64,000 nucleotides of DNA from NCBI GenBank assembly GCA_018715745.1, contig DVLA01000059.1, forward strand, positions 6,722-70,721, given 5' to 3'. Below are positions 1 to 9,566 of this stretch, one piece after another (the stretch's first letter is position 1; every line of letters starts with the position of its first letter). This stretch comes from Candidatus Coprenecus stercoripullorum (GTDB lineage: Bacteria; Bacteroidota; Bacteroidia; Bacteroidales; UBA932). The position numbers and the translations under genes are program-made. Under the pieces are notes generated by a model. That model was not told the origin of the DNA, searched no databases, and saw only the letters and a program-made list of their open reading frames with translations.

Positions 1-97
1 TTCCTACAACGGACCCGTCCTCCTGGAGATCCATCTCGTCCACAAGCAGCATCGGCTCGCGGTGACGTAAAAACTTCTTGATTTCTTCCCTATTCAT
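1..97 (-). CDS. 3-hydroxyacyl-ACP dehydratase (FabZ/FabA hot-dog fold), N-terminal fragment running off the window
   Basis: Reverse-strand ATG at 97..95. Translation is MNREEIKKFLRHREPMLLVDEMDLQEDGSVVG. The HR-x-P-x-LLVD N-terminal motif is typical of FabZ-like dehydratases. Only 32 aa are visible. It sits 10 nt downstream of fabF on the same strand. Confidence 0.45.
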   Translation of the reverse strand, partial: MNREEIKKFLRHREPMLLVDEMDLQEDGSVVG

Positions 98-107
98 TTT
101 ATTTCAG

Positions 108-1394
108 TTATTTGATTTCATTATCATATACTTTTCTAAAAGCAAGCACGGCATTATGCCCTCCGAATCCGAGCGATGATGAAAGGGCAATGGTCGGACA
201 GGCTTCGCGCGCTGCATTCGGCGTATAGTCAAGGTCGCAATCAGGATCCGGTACCTTGTAGCCTATGGTCGGCGGTACGATACCGCTGTCAAGCGCAAGT
301 ACGGCTGCTACAGCCTCCATGCCGCCGGCCGCCCCGAGGGCATGCCCGGTCATGGATTTGGTAGAGGAAAGTATGGCTCTGTGTGCATCTGCTTCCCCGA
401 GAGCTATTTTTACAGCAGCCGTTTCGGCCTTGTCGTTCAAAGGCGTTCCGGTACCATGCGTATTGATATAGAGGATGTCCTTATCCGTATAGCCTGCTTC
501 CTCCAAAGCATAGCTGAAAGCCAGGGCCGGAGTGCTTCCGTCAGGGCACGGCGCCGTATAATGGTAGGCGTCGCATGTATTGCCGTAACCGCAGACCTCG
601 GCATATATCCTGGCCCCGCGTCCCACTGCATGTTCATACTCCTCAAGCACGATTACACCGGCTCCTTCCGCTATTACGAATCCCTGCCTCCTTGCATCGA
701 ACGGCAGTGAAGCCTGGGTCGGGTCTTCCGCCGGGGAAAGAGCCTTGCTGTTGGCAAAACCGCCGATTGCCAGCGGGCTTACGGCCGCCTCCGCTCCGCC
801 GGCTATAATTGCATCCGCATACCCGTACCTGATGGCCCTGTAGGCCTCTCCTATGGAATGAGTACCGGTAGCGCACGCAGTAACGACAGGCAGGCAAGGT
901 CCTTTTGCCTTGTGGGCAATAGCGACATTGCCGGCGGCGATATTCGCTATCATTGTAGGTATGAACAGGGGCGACACCCATCCTGGACCGTCCTTGATCA
1001 TTTTTGCAGTCTCGTTCACAAAAGTATGCATGCCGCCTATCCCTGAACCTATATATACACCGAAACGGGATGAAAGTATATTGGCCTGCCCGTCCTCAGC
1101 CGGCAGGTCCGATGAACGGAGACCGCTGTCCTTTACCGCCTGATTTGATGCCGCCATTGCAAACTGGCAGAAACGGTCGAACTTTCGAGCCGCTTTCGGA
1201 TCGAGACCGTGTTCGGCAGCCCTGAAATCCTTCACCTCGCCCGCAATCTTTACGGGAAGCCCGTCAACAGGAATCTGCCTTATGTAATCTATACCGCAGA
1301 CTCCGGACACAAGGTTGTCCCAATATGTGTGTACATCATTGCCTATCGGGGTAATGGCCCCGAGACCGGTTACAACTACTCTTCTGTTTTTCAT
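108..1394 (-). CDS. fabF: beta-ketoacyl-ACP synthase II
   Basis: 428-aa ORF. N-terminus RRVVVTGLGAITPIG. Cys-His-His triad contexts are VVTACATGTHSIG, INTHGTGTPLND and SMTGHALGAAG. Confidence 0.9.
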   Translation of the reverse strand: MKNRRVVVTGLGAITPIGNDVHTYWDNLVSGVCGIDYIRQIPVDGLPVKIAGEVKDFRAAEHGLDPKAARKFDRFCQFAMAASNQAVKDSGLRSSDLPAEDGQANILSSRFGVYIGSGIGGMHTFVNETAKMIKDGPGWVSPLFIPTMIANIAAGNVAIAHKAKGPCLPVVTACATGTHSIGEAYRAIRYGYADAIIAGGAEAAVSPLAIGGFANSKALSPAEDPTQASLPFDARRQGFVIAEGAGVIVLEEYEHAVGRGARIYAEVCGYGNTCDAYHYTAPCPDGSTPALAFSYALEEAGYTDKDILYINTHGTGTPLNDKAETAAVKIALGEADAHRAILSSTKSMTGHALGAAGGMEAVAAVLALDSGIVPPTIGYKVPDPDCDLDYTPNAAREACPTIALSSSLGFGGHNAVLAFRKVYDNEIK

Positions 1395-1402
1395 AACTAT
1401 TC

Positions 1403-2356
1403 CTATTTTGACCAGCGGAGAACTGCCGCCCCCGTAGTAAAACCTGCGCCGAAAGCGCTCAGCAACAGCATTTCCCCTCTCTTCAACATATTTCCCCTGC
1501 TCAAATCATCAAGCAGGGCAGGTATTGATGCGGAAGAGGTATTCCCGTATTTGTCGAGATTGACGGGGAACTTCTCCTTATCCTGTTTGACAAAATGCCT
1601 TATGGCCTCTATTATGCGTACGTTCGCCTGGTGCAGCACGTAAAGGTCTATATCATCGGCAGTCATACCAGCAACCGAAAGCACTGTATCTATATCCTTT
1701 ATGGAAGATGAAACGGCCAGCTTGAAGACCTCCTGCCCGTTCATGATCACCCCGCCGTCATCCTCTTCCTTGTTCAGGAAAGGTGTCGGCTGAAGCCTGC
1801 GCTTCTGGTAAAGGGCTTCCACCTTGCAATGGGTGGAAAGACGTATGGCCTTGAGATCATCACCTTTCGTTACCACTACCGCCCCTGCGGCATCCCCGAA
1901 AAGTATACATGATGAACGGTCTCTCCAGTCCATCATCCTTGAAGGTTCTTCCGCACATACAATCAGGATATTGTTCATATCTTTCGTTATCAGGAAAGAT
2001 TCCGCTATGTCAAGGGCGTACAGAAAGCCGGTACATGCACAGTTAATATCGACCGTAGGGCAGGTGGCCCCTATCTTTCCCTGAATTATGCATCCGAGCC
2101 CCGGGGTTACGAACTCGTTCACCACATTCGAGCAGATAATGAAATCTACCTGGTCTGAAGTGATTCCGGCATCGGCCAGAGCCTTGTTTGCAGCATCGGC
2201 TGCCATGTCCTCCAGATTTTCATTCGAAATTACCCGCCTTTCATGTATCCCCGTTCTGGTAACTATCCATTCATCGTTCGTATCGAGAAAATTTTCCAGC
2301 ATGGAGTTGGTAACCCTCATTGAAGGACGTGCGCTGCCTGTTCCTATTATCTTCAT
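1403..2356 (-). CDS. fabH: beta-ketoacyl-ACP synthase III
   Basis: 317-aa ORF with KAS III signatures: active-site Cys in NCACTGFLYAL, His in VLHQAN, Asn in GNTSSASIP. It lies 8 nt upstream of fabF. Confidence 0.9.
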   Translation of the reverse strand: MKIIGTGSARPSMRVTNSMLENFLDTNDEWIVTRTGIHERRVISNENLEDMAADAANKALADAGITSDQVDFIICSNVVNEFVTPGLGCIIQGKIGATCPTVDINCACTGFLYALDIAESFLITKDMNNILIVCAEEPSRMMDWRDRSSCILFGDAAGAVVVTKGDDLKAIRLSTHCKVEALYQKRRLQPTPFLNKEEDDGGVIMNGQEVFKLAVSSSIKDIDTVLSVAGMTADDIDLYVLHQANVRIIEAIRHFVKQDKEKFPVNLDKYGNTSSASIPALLDDLSRGNMLKRGEMLLLSAFGAGFTTGAAVLRWSK

Positions 2357-2364
2357 CTGACCGT

Positions 2365-4062
2365 CTAACCGATTTTAGTGTCTACTATGGCAAGTACTTT
2401 CTTCTCATATTCTTCTGCCTTGCGGGCGATTTCCGCAGCTTCAGCCACGAGAGCCGCCGCCTTGTCCCTGTCAGCAAGTCCGGCCGCATTAATCCTGACG
2501 TTAAGGAAAGCCCCGAGAACAGCCGAACGGGCGGCAAGGGCACCGACACCTGCATCGGAAACGGAGTTGGGATTACCCTCGGAAGCCATGGCTTCCACAA
2601 GTGCGAACACCTTGAAAGAGGCTTTCATCGTCCTTAACGGGACCTCAGTGGCATACAAGGTTGCATCCTGTATGGCCGCAGTGCGGAGGGCTTTCTCCGC
2701 ATCCGTCTTTTTGGGCATCGACAAGGCATCCATGATACGGTTGAACGCGGATGTATCCTCATCTACAAGATGAAGCAGCTCGTACATCAGCTCCTGTCCT
2801 TTTTCGGCCCAACCGGAGAACTTGGGGCACATGGCATCCCAACCGCGCTTATGCGAGGAAAGGTTGGCCACCATTGCACCGAGAGCCGCCCCCAATGCAC
2901 CCATATAAGCCGAAATAGAGCCTCCGCCCGGAGCGGCTGACTCCCTTGAGGTCTCTTCCGCGAAACCGCGCACCGTAAGATCGACAAGCCTTGCCGACTT
3001 GTCTTCATCCTCAAGTATATATTCAATTACCTTCTCCCTCGGGTTAAAGGGCTTCAGGTCATCAAGCCCCATGGACTTGACCGCTATTTTCAATATATCG
3101 TCCTCAGGTATGCCGCACGAGCGGTTCTGCTTGGCAAGAAAATATTTGCCAGCATCTACAAGCACCCTTTTAGGTATAAGGCCTACAATCTCCGAACCCG
3201 TAACCCTCAGTCCCCTTTCGGAAGCTTTCCTGCATACCTCGTCGAAAGCGACATGGACAGGAGTCCTGTTGATATCCGTCACATTCATGGAGACCTGGGC
3301 TATACCGTACTCCTCTATATACCAGCCTATGGCCTTGCAGCCTTTCAGCGTGCCGGGAATCCATACCACATTGCCGTTCTCATCCTTGACCACTTTCCCG
3401 GTAATAGGGTCGCCTTCCCTTTTCTTGCGTCCCTTCTCGCGCACATCGAAAGCGACCGAATTGGCGCGACGGGTAGATGTCGTATTGAGATTGAAGTTTA
3501 TGGCAACAAGGAAATCCCTTGCGCCTACAGCCGTAGCTCCGGTACGGGCTACATTTTCATCGAATACGGCAGGGCCGAAATCCGGCTTGCATCCGTCGGC
3601 GAACCTCTTTGCAAGTCCTTCATACTCCCCGCTGCGGCATACGGCAAGATTTCTCCTTTCTGCCGAATAGGCGGCATTTTCATAGCAGAATACCGGTATT
3701 CCGAGTTCGCGTGCAACCCTTTCCCCAAGAGCCCTCGCATACTCCACGCATTCCTCCATGGTCACTCCCGACACGGGAACAAGCGGGCATACATCCGTAG
3801 CCCCCATCCTTGGATGCTCTCCGTGATGGTGCCTCATGTCTATAACTTCAGAAGCCTTTCTTATGGCCCTGAAAGCAGCTTCCACAACCTGTTCAGGCTC
3901 TCCCACGAATGTAACTACAGTTCTGTTGGTAGCCGCACCCGGATCCACGTCAAGAAGCTTGACTCCGGCAACGCCGCAAGCCGCATCAGTAATCTGTTTT
4001 ATTACCGTCATGTCGCGTCCCTCGCTGAAATTGGGAACGCATTCGATAAGTCTCTTTATCAT
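2365..4062 (-). CDS. ftcD: bifunctional glutamate formimidoyltransferase / formimidoyltetrahydrofolate cyclodeaminase
   Basis: 565 aa. The N-terminus ECVPNFSEGRD ... HPRMGATDV is typical of glutamate formiminotransferase. The C-terminal about 200 aa carry the cyclodeaminase motif APGGGSISAYMGALGAALGAMV. Confidence 0.9.
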   Translation of the reverse strand: MIKRLIECVPNFSEGRDMTVIKQITDAACGVAGVKLLDVDPGAATNRTVVTFVGEPEQVVEAAFRAIRKASEVIDMRHHHGEHPRMGATDVCPLVPVSGVTMEECVEYARALGERVARELGIPVFCYENAAYSAERRNLAVCRSGEYEGLAKRFADGCKPDFGPAVFDENVARTGATAVGARDFLVAINFNLNTTSTRRANSVAFDVREKGRKKREGDPITGKVVKDENGNVVWIPGTLKGCKAIGWYIEEYGIAQVSMNVTDINRTPVHVAFDEVCRKASERGLRVTGSEIVGLIPKRVLVDAGKYFLAKQNRSCGIPEDDILKIAVKSMGLDDLKPFNPREKVIEYILEDEDKSARLVDLTVRGFAEETSRESAAPGGGSISAYMGALGAALGAMVANLSSHKRGWDAMCPKFSGWAEKGQELMYELLHLVDEDTSAFNRIMDALSMPKKTDAEKALRTAAIQDATLYATEVPLRTMKASFKVFALVEAMASEGNPNSVSDAGVGALAARSAVLGAFLNVRINAAGLADRDKAAALVAEAAEIARKAEEYEKKVLAIVDTKIG

Positions 4063-4077
4063 AATATGTCCTATTTC

Positions 4078-4728
4078 TTATTTGTGGTTTGTCATCATGG
4101 TTATGCCTTCATCGAGCATGCCTGACAGCTTCGCCGCATCCAGCTCGAAGTAATGAATCGGATAAAGGTACTTGGGCCTTATGATATTGGCAGCCTCCGC
4201 AAACTCTTCGTCCGTCATGGTGAACGGAAGGTTCTTGGGAAGAAAAGCCACGTCAATGCCGGTAATGTCCCTCATTTCAGGTATCGGCTCCGTATCCCCG
4301 GCTATATAGAGGCGGAAACCGGCGAAGTCCAGTATATAACCGTTCCCATCGCCCTTAGGGTGGAAGAGGTTGCCCTCCCCGTTTCTCCTGTTCACATTAT
4401 AGGCAGGCACGGCATATATCGTGACTCCGTCGTAATTCCATGAACCTCCGTTCTCCAGGACCGTATACCTGCCGTCCACCCTGCCGGTATCCCTGCTTAC
4501 CACGAAGGCCGTGTCCGGAGTGGCTATGCACGAAAAGGCCTTCTCGTCATAATGGTCATAATGGTTGTGCGTTATCAGAATAAGATCAGCCTTGGCCCTG
4601 CCGGAGAAATCTCCGGCCTCGGCATAAGGGTCCGAATAGATGTGTCTGCCGTCCCACTCTATAAGCAGGGACGCATGGCCTATTACCGTAATTCCGATTT
4701 TACCTAATGGGGTGCTGTAAGTGTCCAT
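4078..4728 (-). CDS. MBL-fold metallo-hydrolase
   Basis: 216 aa with the HxHxDH zinc motif (ILITHNHYDHYD) and later H/D ligands. Its 5' end overlaps the hutI 3' end by 29 nt. Confidence 0.75.
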   Translation of the reverse strand: MDTYSTPLGKIGITVIGHASLLIEWDGRHIYSDPYAEAGDFSGRAKADLILITHNHYDHYDEKAFSCIATPDTAFVVSRDTGRVDGRYTVLENGGSWNYDGVTIYAVPAYNVNRRNGEGNLFHPKGDGNGYILDFAGFRLYIAGDTEPIPEMRDITGIDVAFLPKNLPFTMTDEEFAEAANIIRPKYLYPIHYFELDAAKLSGMLDEGITMMTNHK

Positions 4729-5983
4729 ATACTTCTCCGTTTAAAATTACCGTATCTATAAGTCTGCTTGTAAACGAATAGGGGACAAACTCATACGAAG
4801 GAATCTCCTCCGTCACGAACAGCGAGGCCTTCTTGCCTATGGTTATCGAGCCGTAATCCCCGGCAAGCCCCATGGCGAAAGCCCCGTTTACCGTAGCCGC
4901 ATTCAGTACGGCTTCCGGAGTAAGCCCCATCTTTATCATCCCGAGCGCCATCATGAATTTCATGTCTCCGGCGGGACATGAGCCCGGATTATAGTTGGAG
5001 GCGATGGCTATGGGAAGGTCATAGGAAAGCATCGCCCTTGCATCCGGATATTTCATGTCAAGGAAAAACGTGGCCCCGGGAAGCAGGGTCGCAATTGTGC
5101 CGCTGCCCTGCAGGGCCTTGAACTCCTCCGGTCCGGTATATTCAAGATGGTCTACCGAAACCGCCCCGTACCTGACACCTACCTGGACGCCCCCCGAAAA
5201 ACTCATCTGATTGGCATGCACCTTGGGAATCATGCCGTATCCGGAAGCCGCCTCAAATATCCTGCAAGCATCCTCCACGCTGAAGAATCCCTCCTCGCAG
5301 AATATATCCACATAGTCGGCGAGTCCCTCTTCGGCAACAGCAGGCATCGTACTGTTGATTATCTCATCCACATAATCGCGCCTGTTCCCCCTGTACCTTT
5401 CGGGAACGGCATGCGCACCGAGATAAGTCGTCCTTACGGCCAGGGGTGTAGTACGGCCTATCCGCCTTGCAACCCTCAACATTTTCAACTCGTCTTCCGT
5501 AGAAAGGCCATAGCCGCTTTTGATTTCTACCGCACCGGTACCAAGGGACATAATCTCGTCCGCCCGCCGCATTGCCTGCTCGTAGAGGCTGTCTTCGGAA
5601 GTTTCATGAAGCAGGGCCACGGAATTGAGTATACCGCCTCCCCTTTTGGCTATCTCCTGATACGACAGCCCCCTGAGTTTGTCCATGAACTCCATTTCAC
5701 GGCTGCCCGCATATATCAGATGCGTATGAGAGTCGCAATAGGACGGGAAAACCATCCTCCCCGAGGCATCAATAACGGTATCCGAAACCCTCGAATATCT
5801 CTCCATGTCCTCCGTCCCGAGAGAAGACATTGTCCCGTAATCAGCTATCCTGTCCCCTTCGGTCAGCAGATAGGCGTCCTCCACACAGGGCACCGTCTCC
5901 ATCTGTGAGCCGCGAAGTGGAGATGCGGGCGGGACTTCCCGCACATTTACAAGTTTCTTTATGTTCTTTATGAATATGCCCAT
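4700..5983 (-). CDS. hutI: imidazolonepropionase
   Basis: 427 aa amidohydrolase-fold protein with the DSHTHL metal motif and overall HutI-like sequence. It starts 1 nt after the hutH stop. Confidence 0.9.
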   Translation of the reverse strand: MGIFIKNIKKLVNVREVPPASPLRGSQMETVPCVEDAYLLTEGDRIADYGTMSSLGTEDMERYSRVSDTVIDASGRMVFPSYCDSHTHLIYAGSREMEFMDKLRGLSYQEIAKRGGGILNSVALLHETSEDSLYEQAMRRADEIMSLGTGAVEIKSGYGLSTEDELKMLRVARRIGRTTPLAVRTTYLGAHAVPERYRGNRRDYVDEIINSTMPAVAEEGLADYVDIFCEEGFFSVEDACRIFEAASGYGMIPKVHANQMSFSGGVQVGVRYGAVSVDHLEYTGPEEFKALQGSGTIATLLPGATFFLDMKYPDARAMLSYDLPIAIASNYNPGSCPAGDMKFMMALGMIKMGLTPEAVLNAATVNGAFAMGLAGDYGSITIGKKASLFVTEEIPSYEFVPYSFTSRLIDTVILNGEVYGHLQHPIR

Positions 5984-5984
5984 G

Positions 5985-7472
5985 TCAGATTACGGCATTT
6001 ACCACAAAGTCGACGGATTCCCCTATATGCTTATACATAACCGTATCTTCCCCGATAAAAGGCACCCTCCTGCGATATTCGGCAACAAAGTCCTCTATTA
6101 TACGGGAAGACCTGCCGGGCCTTCTGAAATCCAGCGCCTGTGCTGCATTCATCATTTCTATCCCGAGTATCTTCTCCACATTCATGACAACCCTCACGCA
6201 TTTGGTAGCGGCATTCGCCCCCATGCTTACATGGTCCTCCTGACCCTGGGAAGAGTCTATCGTATCCACGACACAGGGTGTACAGAGCTGCTTGTTCTGG
6301 CTTACTATAGAGGCAGCCGCATACTGCGGTATCATAAAACCGGAATTGAGTCCGGACTTGGCGACAAGGAAGGAGGGCAGCCCACGCTTCCCGGAAATAA
6401 GCTGGTACGTCCTGCGCTCCGATATGGAACCCAGTTCGGCCAGGGCGATGGAAAGGAAATCCAGGGCGATGGAAAGCGGCTGGCCATGGAAATTGCCGGC
6501 AGATATTACAAGATCCTCGTCCGGCAGGACTGTCGGATTGTCGGTAGCGCTGTTGACTTCCGTCATAAACACATTCTCCACATACCCTATGGCATCCTTC
6601 GAGGCGCCGTGCACCTGGGGTATGCAACGGAATGAATACGGGTCCTGGACTTCCTTGCCTGGACCGTCAATGAGCCCGCTGCCTTCAAGATACGACAATA
6701 TAGTACGGGCTGTCTCGATCTGTCCCCTGTGCGGGCGTACCTCATGGACTCCCGGTGTAAAAGGCTCCTTGCGACCGTTGAATGCCTCAAGGGATACCGT
6801 AGCTATCTTGTCTGCCATGGCGGAAACATGTTTTGCCCTGTGCAGCGCCCATACTGCATGTGCAAGCATGAACTGTGTCCCGTTAAGCAATGCCAGCCCC
6901 TCCTTGGAAGCGAGGGTCAGGGGTTTCCATCCGAACATCCTTTCAAGTTCCGCCCCGTCGTGACGCTCTCCCCTGTAATGGAACTCCCCGAGACCGAGCA
7001 ACGGAAGGCACATGTTTGCCAGAGGTGCAAGGTCTCCGGATGCTCCGAGCGAGCCCTGCTGGTACACCACGGGAGTGACACCGTTATTGTAAAAGTCCAC
7101 AAGCCTTTCTACCGTCTCGACCCTCACGCCGGAAAAACCGTATGAAAGGGATTTCACCTTCAGGGCGAGCATAAGCCTTACAATATCTTCCCTCACTTCT
7201 TCTCCTACGCCGCAGGCATGGGACATCACCAGGTTTTTCTGGAGTTGCGAAAGCTGGTCCCTGTCTACGGAGACATTGCACAGCGAGCCGAAACCGGTAG
7301 TCACCCCATAAATCGGCTCTTTCTGCGTGCGCATCCTCTCATCAAGATAGTTCCTGCACTTGCTTATCCTTGCACGCGCCCCGTCCCCAAGGTGCAGCCT
7401 GCAGTCGGGATTGAACAGTGCCTGAATATCATCGTATGAATGGACCAGTGTGTCTATATCAAATACCACCAT
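5985..7472 (-). CDS. hutH: histidine ammonia-lyase
   Basis: 495 aa. The MIO-forming Ala-Ser-Gly sits in GSLGASGDLAPL, and the sequence is HAL/PAL-like throughout. Confidence 0.93.
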   Translation of the reverse strand: MVVFDIDTLVHSYDDIQALFNPDCRLHLGDGARARISKCRNYLDERMRTQKEPIYGVTTGFGSLCNVSVDRDQLSQLQKNLVMSHACGVGEEVREDIVRLMLALKVKSLSYGFSGVRVETVERLVDFYNNGVTPVVYQQGSLGASGDLAPLANMCLPLLGLGEFHYRGERHDGAELERMFGWKPLTLASKEGLALLNGTQFMLAHAVWALHRAKHVSAMADKIATVSLEAFNGRKEPFTPGVHEVRPHRGQIETARTILSYLEGSGLIDGPGKEVQDPYSFRCIPQVHGASKDAIGYVENVFMTEVNSATDNPTVLPDEDLVISAGNFHGQPLSIALDFLSIALAELGSISERRTYQLISGKRGLPSFLVAKSGLNSGFMIPQYAAASIVSQNKQLCTPCVVDTIDSSQGQEDHVSMGANAATKCVRVVMNVEKILGIEMMNAAQALDFRRPGRSSRIIEDFVAEYRRRVPFIGEDTVMYKHIGESVDFVVNAVI

Positions 7473-7502
7473 AATGCTTTTTATATTTAAACCAATAATT
7501 TA

Positions 7503-7510
7503 CAAAGTTA
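7503..7510 (-). promoter_or_regulatory. candidate Bacteroidota -7 box (TAACTTTG) for the hut cluster
   Basis: Reverse-strand TAACTTTG matches the TAnnTTTG consensus, 30 nt upstream of the hutH ATG, in the 57-nt intergenic gap. No clean -33 TTTG was seen. Confidence 0.4.
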
Positions 7511-7529
7511 ACAAAAATTCAGGCGCGGC

Positions 7530-9566
7530 CTACATCTTTTTTTGCAGCCATATAATCGGTTTCCTCTCCTGTATCATACCGATAATATCTTTCATATAAT
7601 CCCCGAAATATATTGCCGTATAGTCGAAACCTGGAAACCGCGAGGACTCTGTCGCCTGACGGCGCAATGAACTCCGCACTCCCTTTTCCGTCACATCATA
7701 ACGGCTCGAAGGCCGTCTGTCAGGCTGCCAGTTGAAGCCTTTAAGGGTATGTTCTTCGACAGAAAGGTCCCGGACGGGATAGGCATCGCTCTTGACTGTT
7801 TCGAAATACAGCGCCCTCTGTATGTTCCCGTCCTTCATCTGTGCGGACATAAGCTTGCAGTCCTTTTTGTTCACGGTATTTATTACCGAATCTTCGGCTA
7901 TGTAGAATATGGCGCTCACCCCGCCCATGGCGTCATATTTGGAAATCTGCCCGTCGCTGAAATATCCTATCATTTCCGGAGACTTGATCTGATTGTAGAA
8001 CCTGCCTTTTTCCGCTTCCGATATGACGAACGAATTGGAAAGCAGATAACCTTTCTCCAAAGTACTGTTCCTGACAATGAACATCATACTGTCGGAAGTC
8101 ACCTGATTGACGGAGTCATACCATATCACCGGACTTACATACAGCCTCGCTATGGAATCTATGCCGGTATATACAAGCGAATCGCCCCTGGCCTGCATAT
8201 CTTTCCTGAAGACCCTTACGTCGTGGTAAGCCTCGATAAATATAACTTCCGAAGTATCCGGCACGGCCACCGCAAGCGTATCTTCGCCCCCGCCGGAAAT
8301 ACTGTCGGAAACAATGGACGAAGAAACGGAATCCTGCAATCCGGCCATGCCCGTGGTGTCGGGCAAGGGGGCAGCGGCCATAGTATCGGACACAGCGCCG
8401 GGAGCACCGGCCGTAACACCGTCGGCCATGCCCGGTCGCGAGGCCCCAGGCATGCCACCTCCGCCCGGACCGGGAGCGGCGGGAGTATCCTGCCTGTTTT
8501 TGGAACGCGCCGTGCCTATCGGGTCCAGCGATGCAAGTTCAAGGCGTTCGGCTGCAGCTGCCATCACTACGCTGTCTATCTCGAACATCCTCATTGTAAA
8601 ATAGGTAAGGGTATCAGCCGCGATAAACAGAGAGTCAGGTCCCTCTTCCCCCTGCTCTATCATGACTACGGCCGGCTTCCTGCGTACCTGGGCACGCTTT
8701 GGAGTATCGAAATACTCCAGTTCGTCTCCGAGGACGATTACGTTGTCTACAGTATCAGTGAGCTGGACATTGCCGTAAAGGTGCGAATATTCCGCATTGC
8801 GGTCGTAGAAAAGGGAGTCGGCCCACAGCTCGTAGTCCCTTGTAAGGATATGGACCTCCCCGGTAAAGAAAAACGTCTCGTCAGTCCGGTTGTACCATCC
8901 GCGATGCGAGGAGATATTGTTCTCGTCGTACCAACCGTCCGTATTCCCGTTGAAGTACGCGGTCTCCTCTTCCGAATAATATTTAAGGGTGTCGCAAATA
9001 AAAAAGAGCGAATCGGAAAACATCTCGACCTGCTCGACAAAAGTAAATACGTCCGTCTTCGACTCGAACACCCCACGCCTGCTTTCAATCACATTACCGT
9101 CCTTGTCTTTCATCGCCCCTCCGCCATAAAAAACGGCCACACTGTCCTTAGTGTTGTAATCCAGCTGGTTTGTACGCAATATATTGGCATCTTCGTCCTC
9201 AAGCTGGACAAGATGCCCCCTGAATTTCGCGGTATTTTGCTGAATCACATATTTGAGGCTGTCTCCCGTAAGCCTTGTGCCGCCCTGTTCTATAAGGACA
9301 CTTCCGAAAGCATCAATATATTCGTCATCCACATTCCAGAAAGCCGTGTCACAATAAAGGTGGGTCCCGTTGTGCAGAAATACCGCATTCCCTTCTACCC
9401 GCCTGAAATTCTTGCCGTTTATCTCCTCGAGCCTCGCCATGTCCGCGGACAGAAGGCGGATAAGGCTATCCTTGTCCTGGCCCTTCTGCTTCTGCGCATA
9501 CAACTGCTGCGGAGAAAGAGACAGGGCAAGCAGGGTCAAGAAGGCATATCCTGCTAAGAGCCTCAT
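7530..9566 (-). CDS. OstA/LptD-N-like repeat protein with signal peptide (function unknown, envelope-associated)
   Basis: The ORF is open to 9596, but the second Met (9566) gives a clean signal peptide, MRLLAGYAFLTLLALSLSPQQLYAQ, and an ATGA overlap with the upstream SurA-like stop. Repeated OstA-like beta-rich segments are split by a Gly/Pro/Ala/Ser-rich insert. Confidence 0.6.
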   Translation of the reverse strand: MRLLAGYAFLTLLALSLSPQQLYAQKQKGQDKDSLIRLLSADMARLEEINGKNFRRVEGNAVFLHNGTHLYCDTAFWNVDDEYIDAFGSVLIEQGGTRLTGDSLKYVIQQNTAKFRGHLVQLEDEDANILRTNQLDYNTKDSVAVFYGGGAMKDKDGNVIESRRGVFESKTDVFTFVEQVEMFSDSLFFICDTLKYYSEEETAYFNGNTDGWYDENNISSHRGWYNRTDETFFFTGEVHILTRDYELWADSLFYDRNAEYSHLYGNVQLTDTVDNVIVLGDELEYFDTPKRAQVRRKPAVVMIEQGEEGPDSLFIAADTLTYFTMRMFEIDSVVMAAAAERLELASLDPIGTARSKNRQDTPAAPGPGGGGMPGASRPGMADGVTAGAPGAVSDTMAAAPLPDTTGMAGLQDSVSSSIVSDSISGGGEDTLAVAVPDTSEVIFIEAYHDVRVFRKDMQARGDSLVYTGIDSIARLYVSPVIWYDSVNQVTSDSMMFIVRNSTLEKGYLLSNSFVISEAEKGRFYNQIKSPEMIGYFSDGQISKYDAMGGVSAIFYIAEDSVINTVNKKDCKLMSAQMKDGNIQRALYFETVKSDAYPVRDLSVEEHTLKGFNWQPDRRPSSRYDVTEKGVRSSLRRQATESSRFPGFDYTAIYFGDYMKDIIGMIQERKPIIWLQKKM

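Noticed and set aside
7749-9557. 602-aa ORF on the plus strand, antisense to the OstA-like gene
   Set aside because: Its composition is typical of an antisense read of a GC-rich coding region: rich in Arg, His, Gly, Pro and Tyr, with no motifs, no signal peptide and no sensible start context. The minus-strand product has a signal peptide, an ATGA coupling to the upstream gene and family-like sequence.
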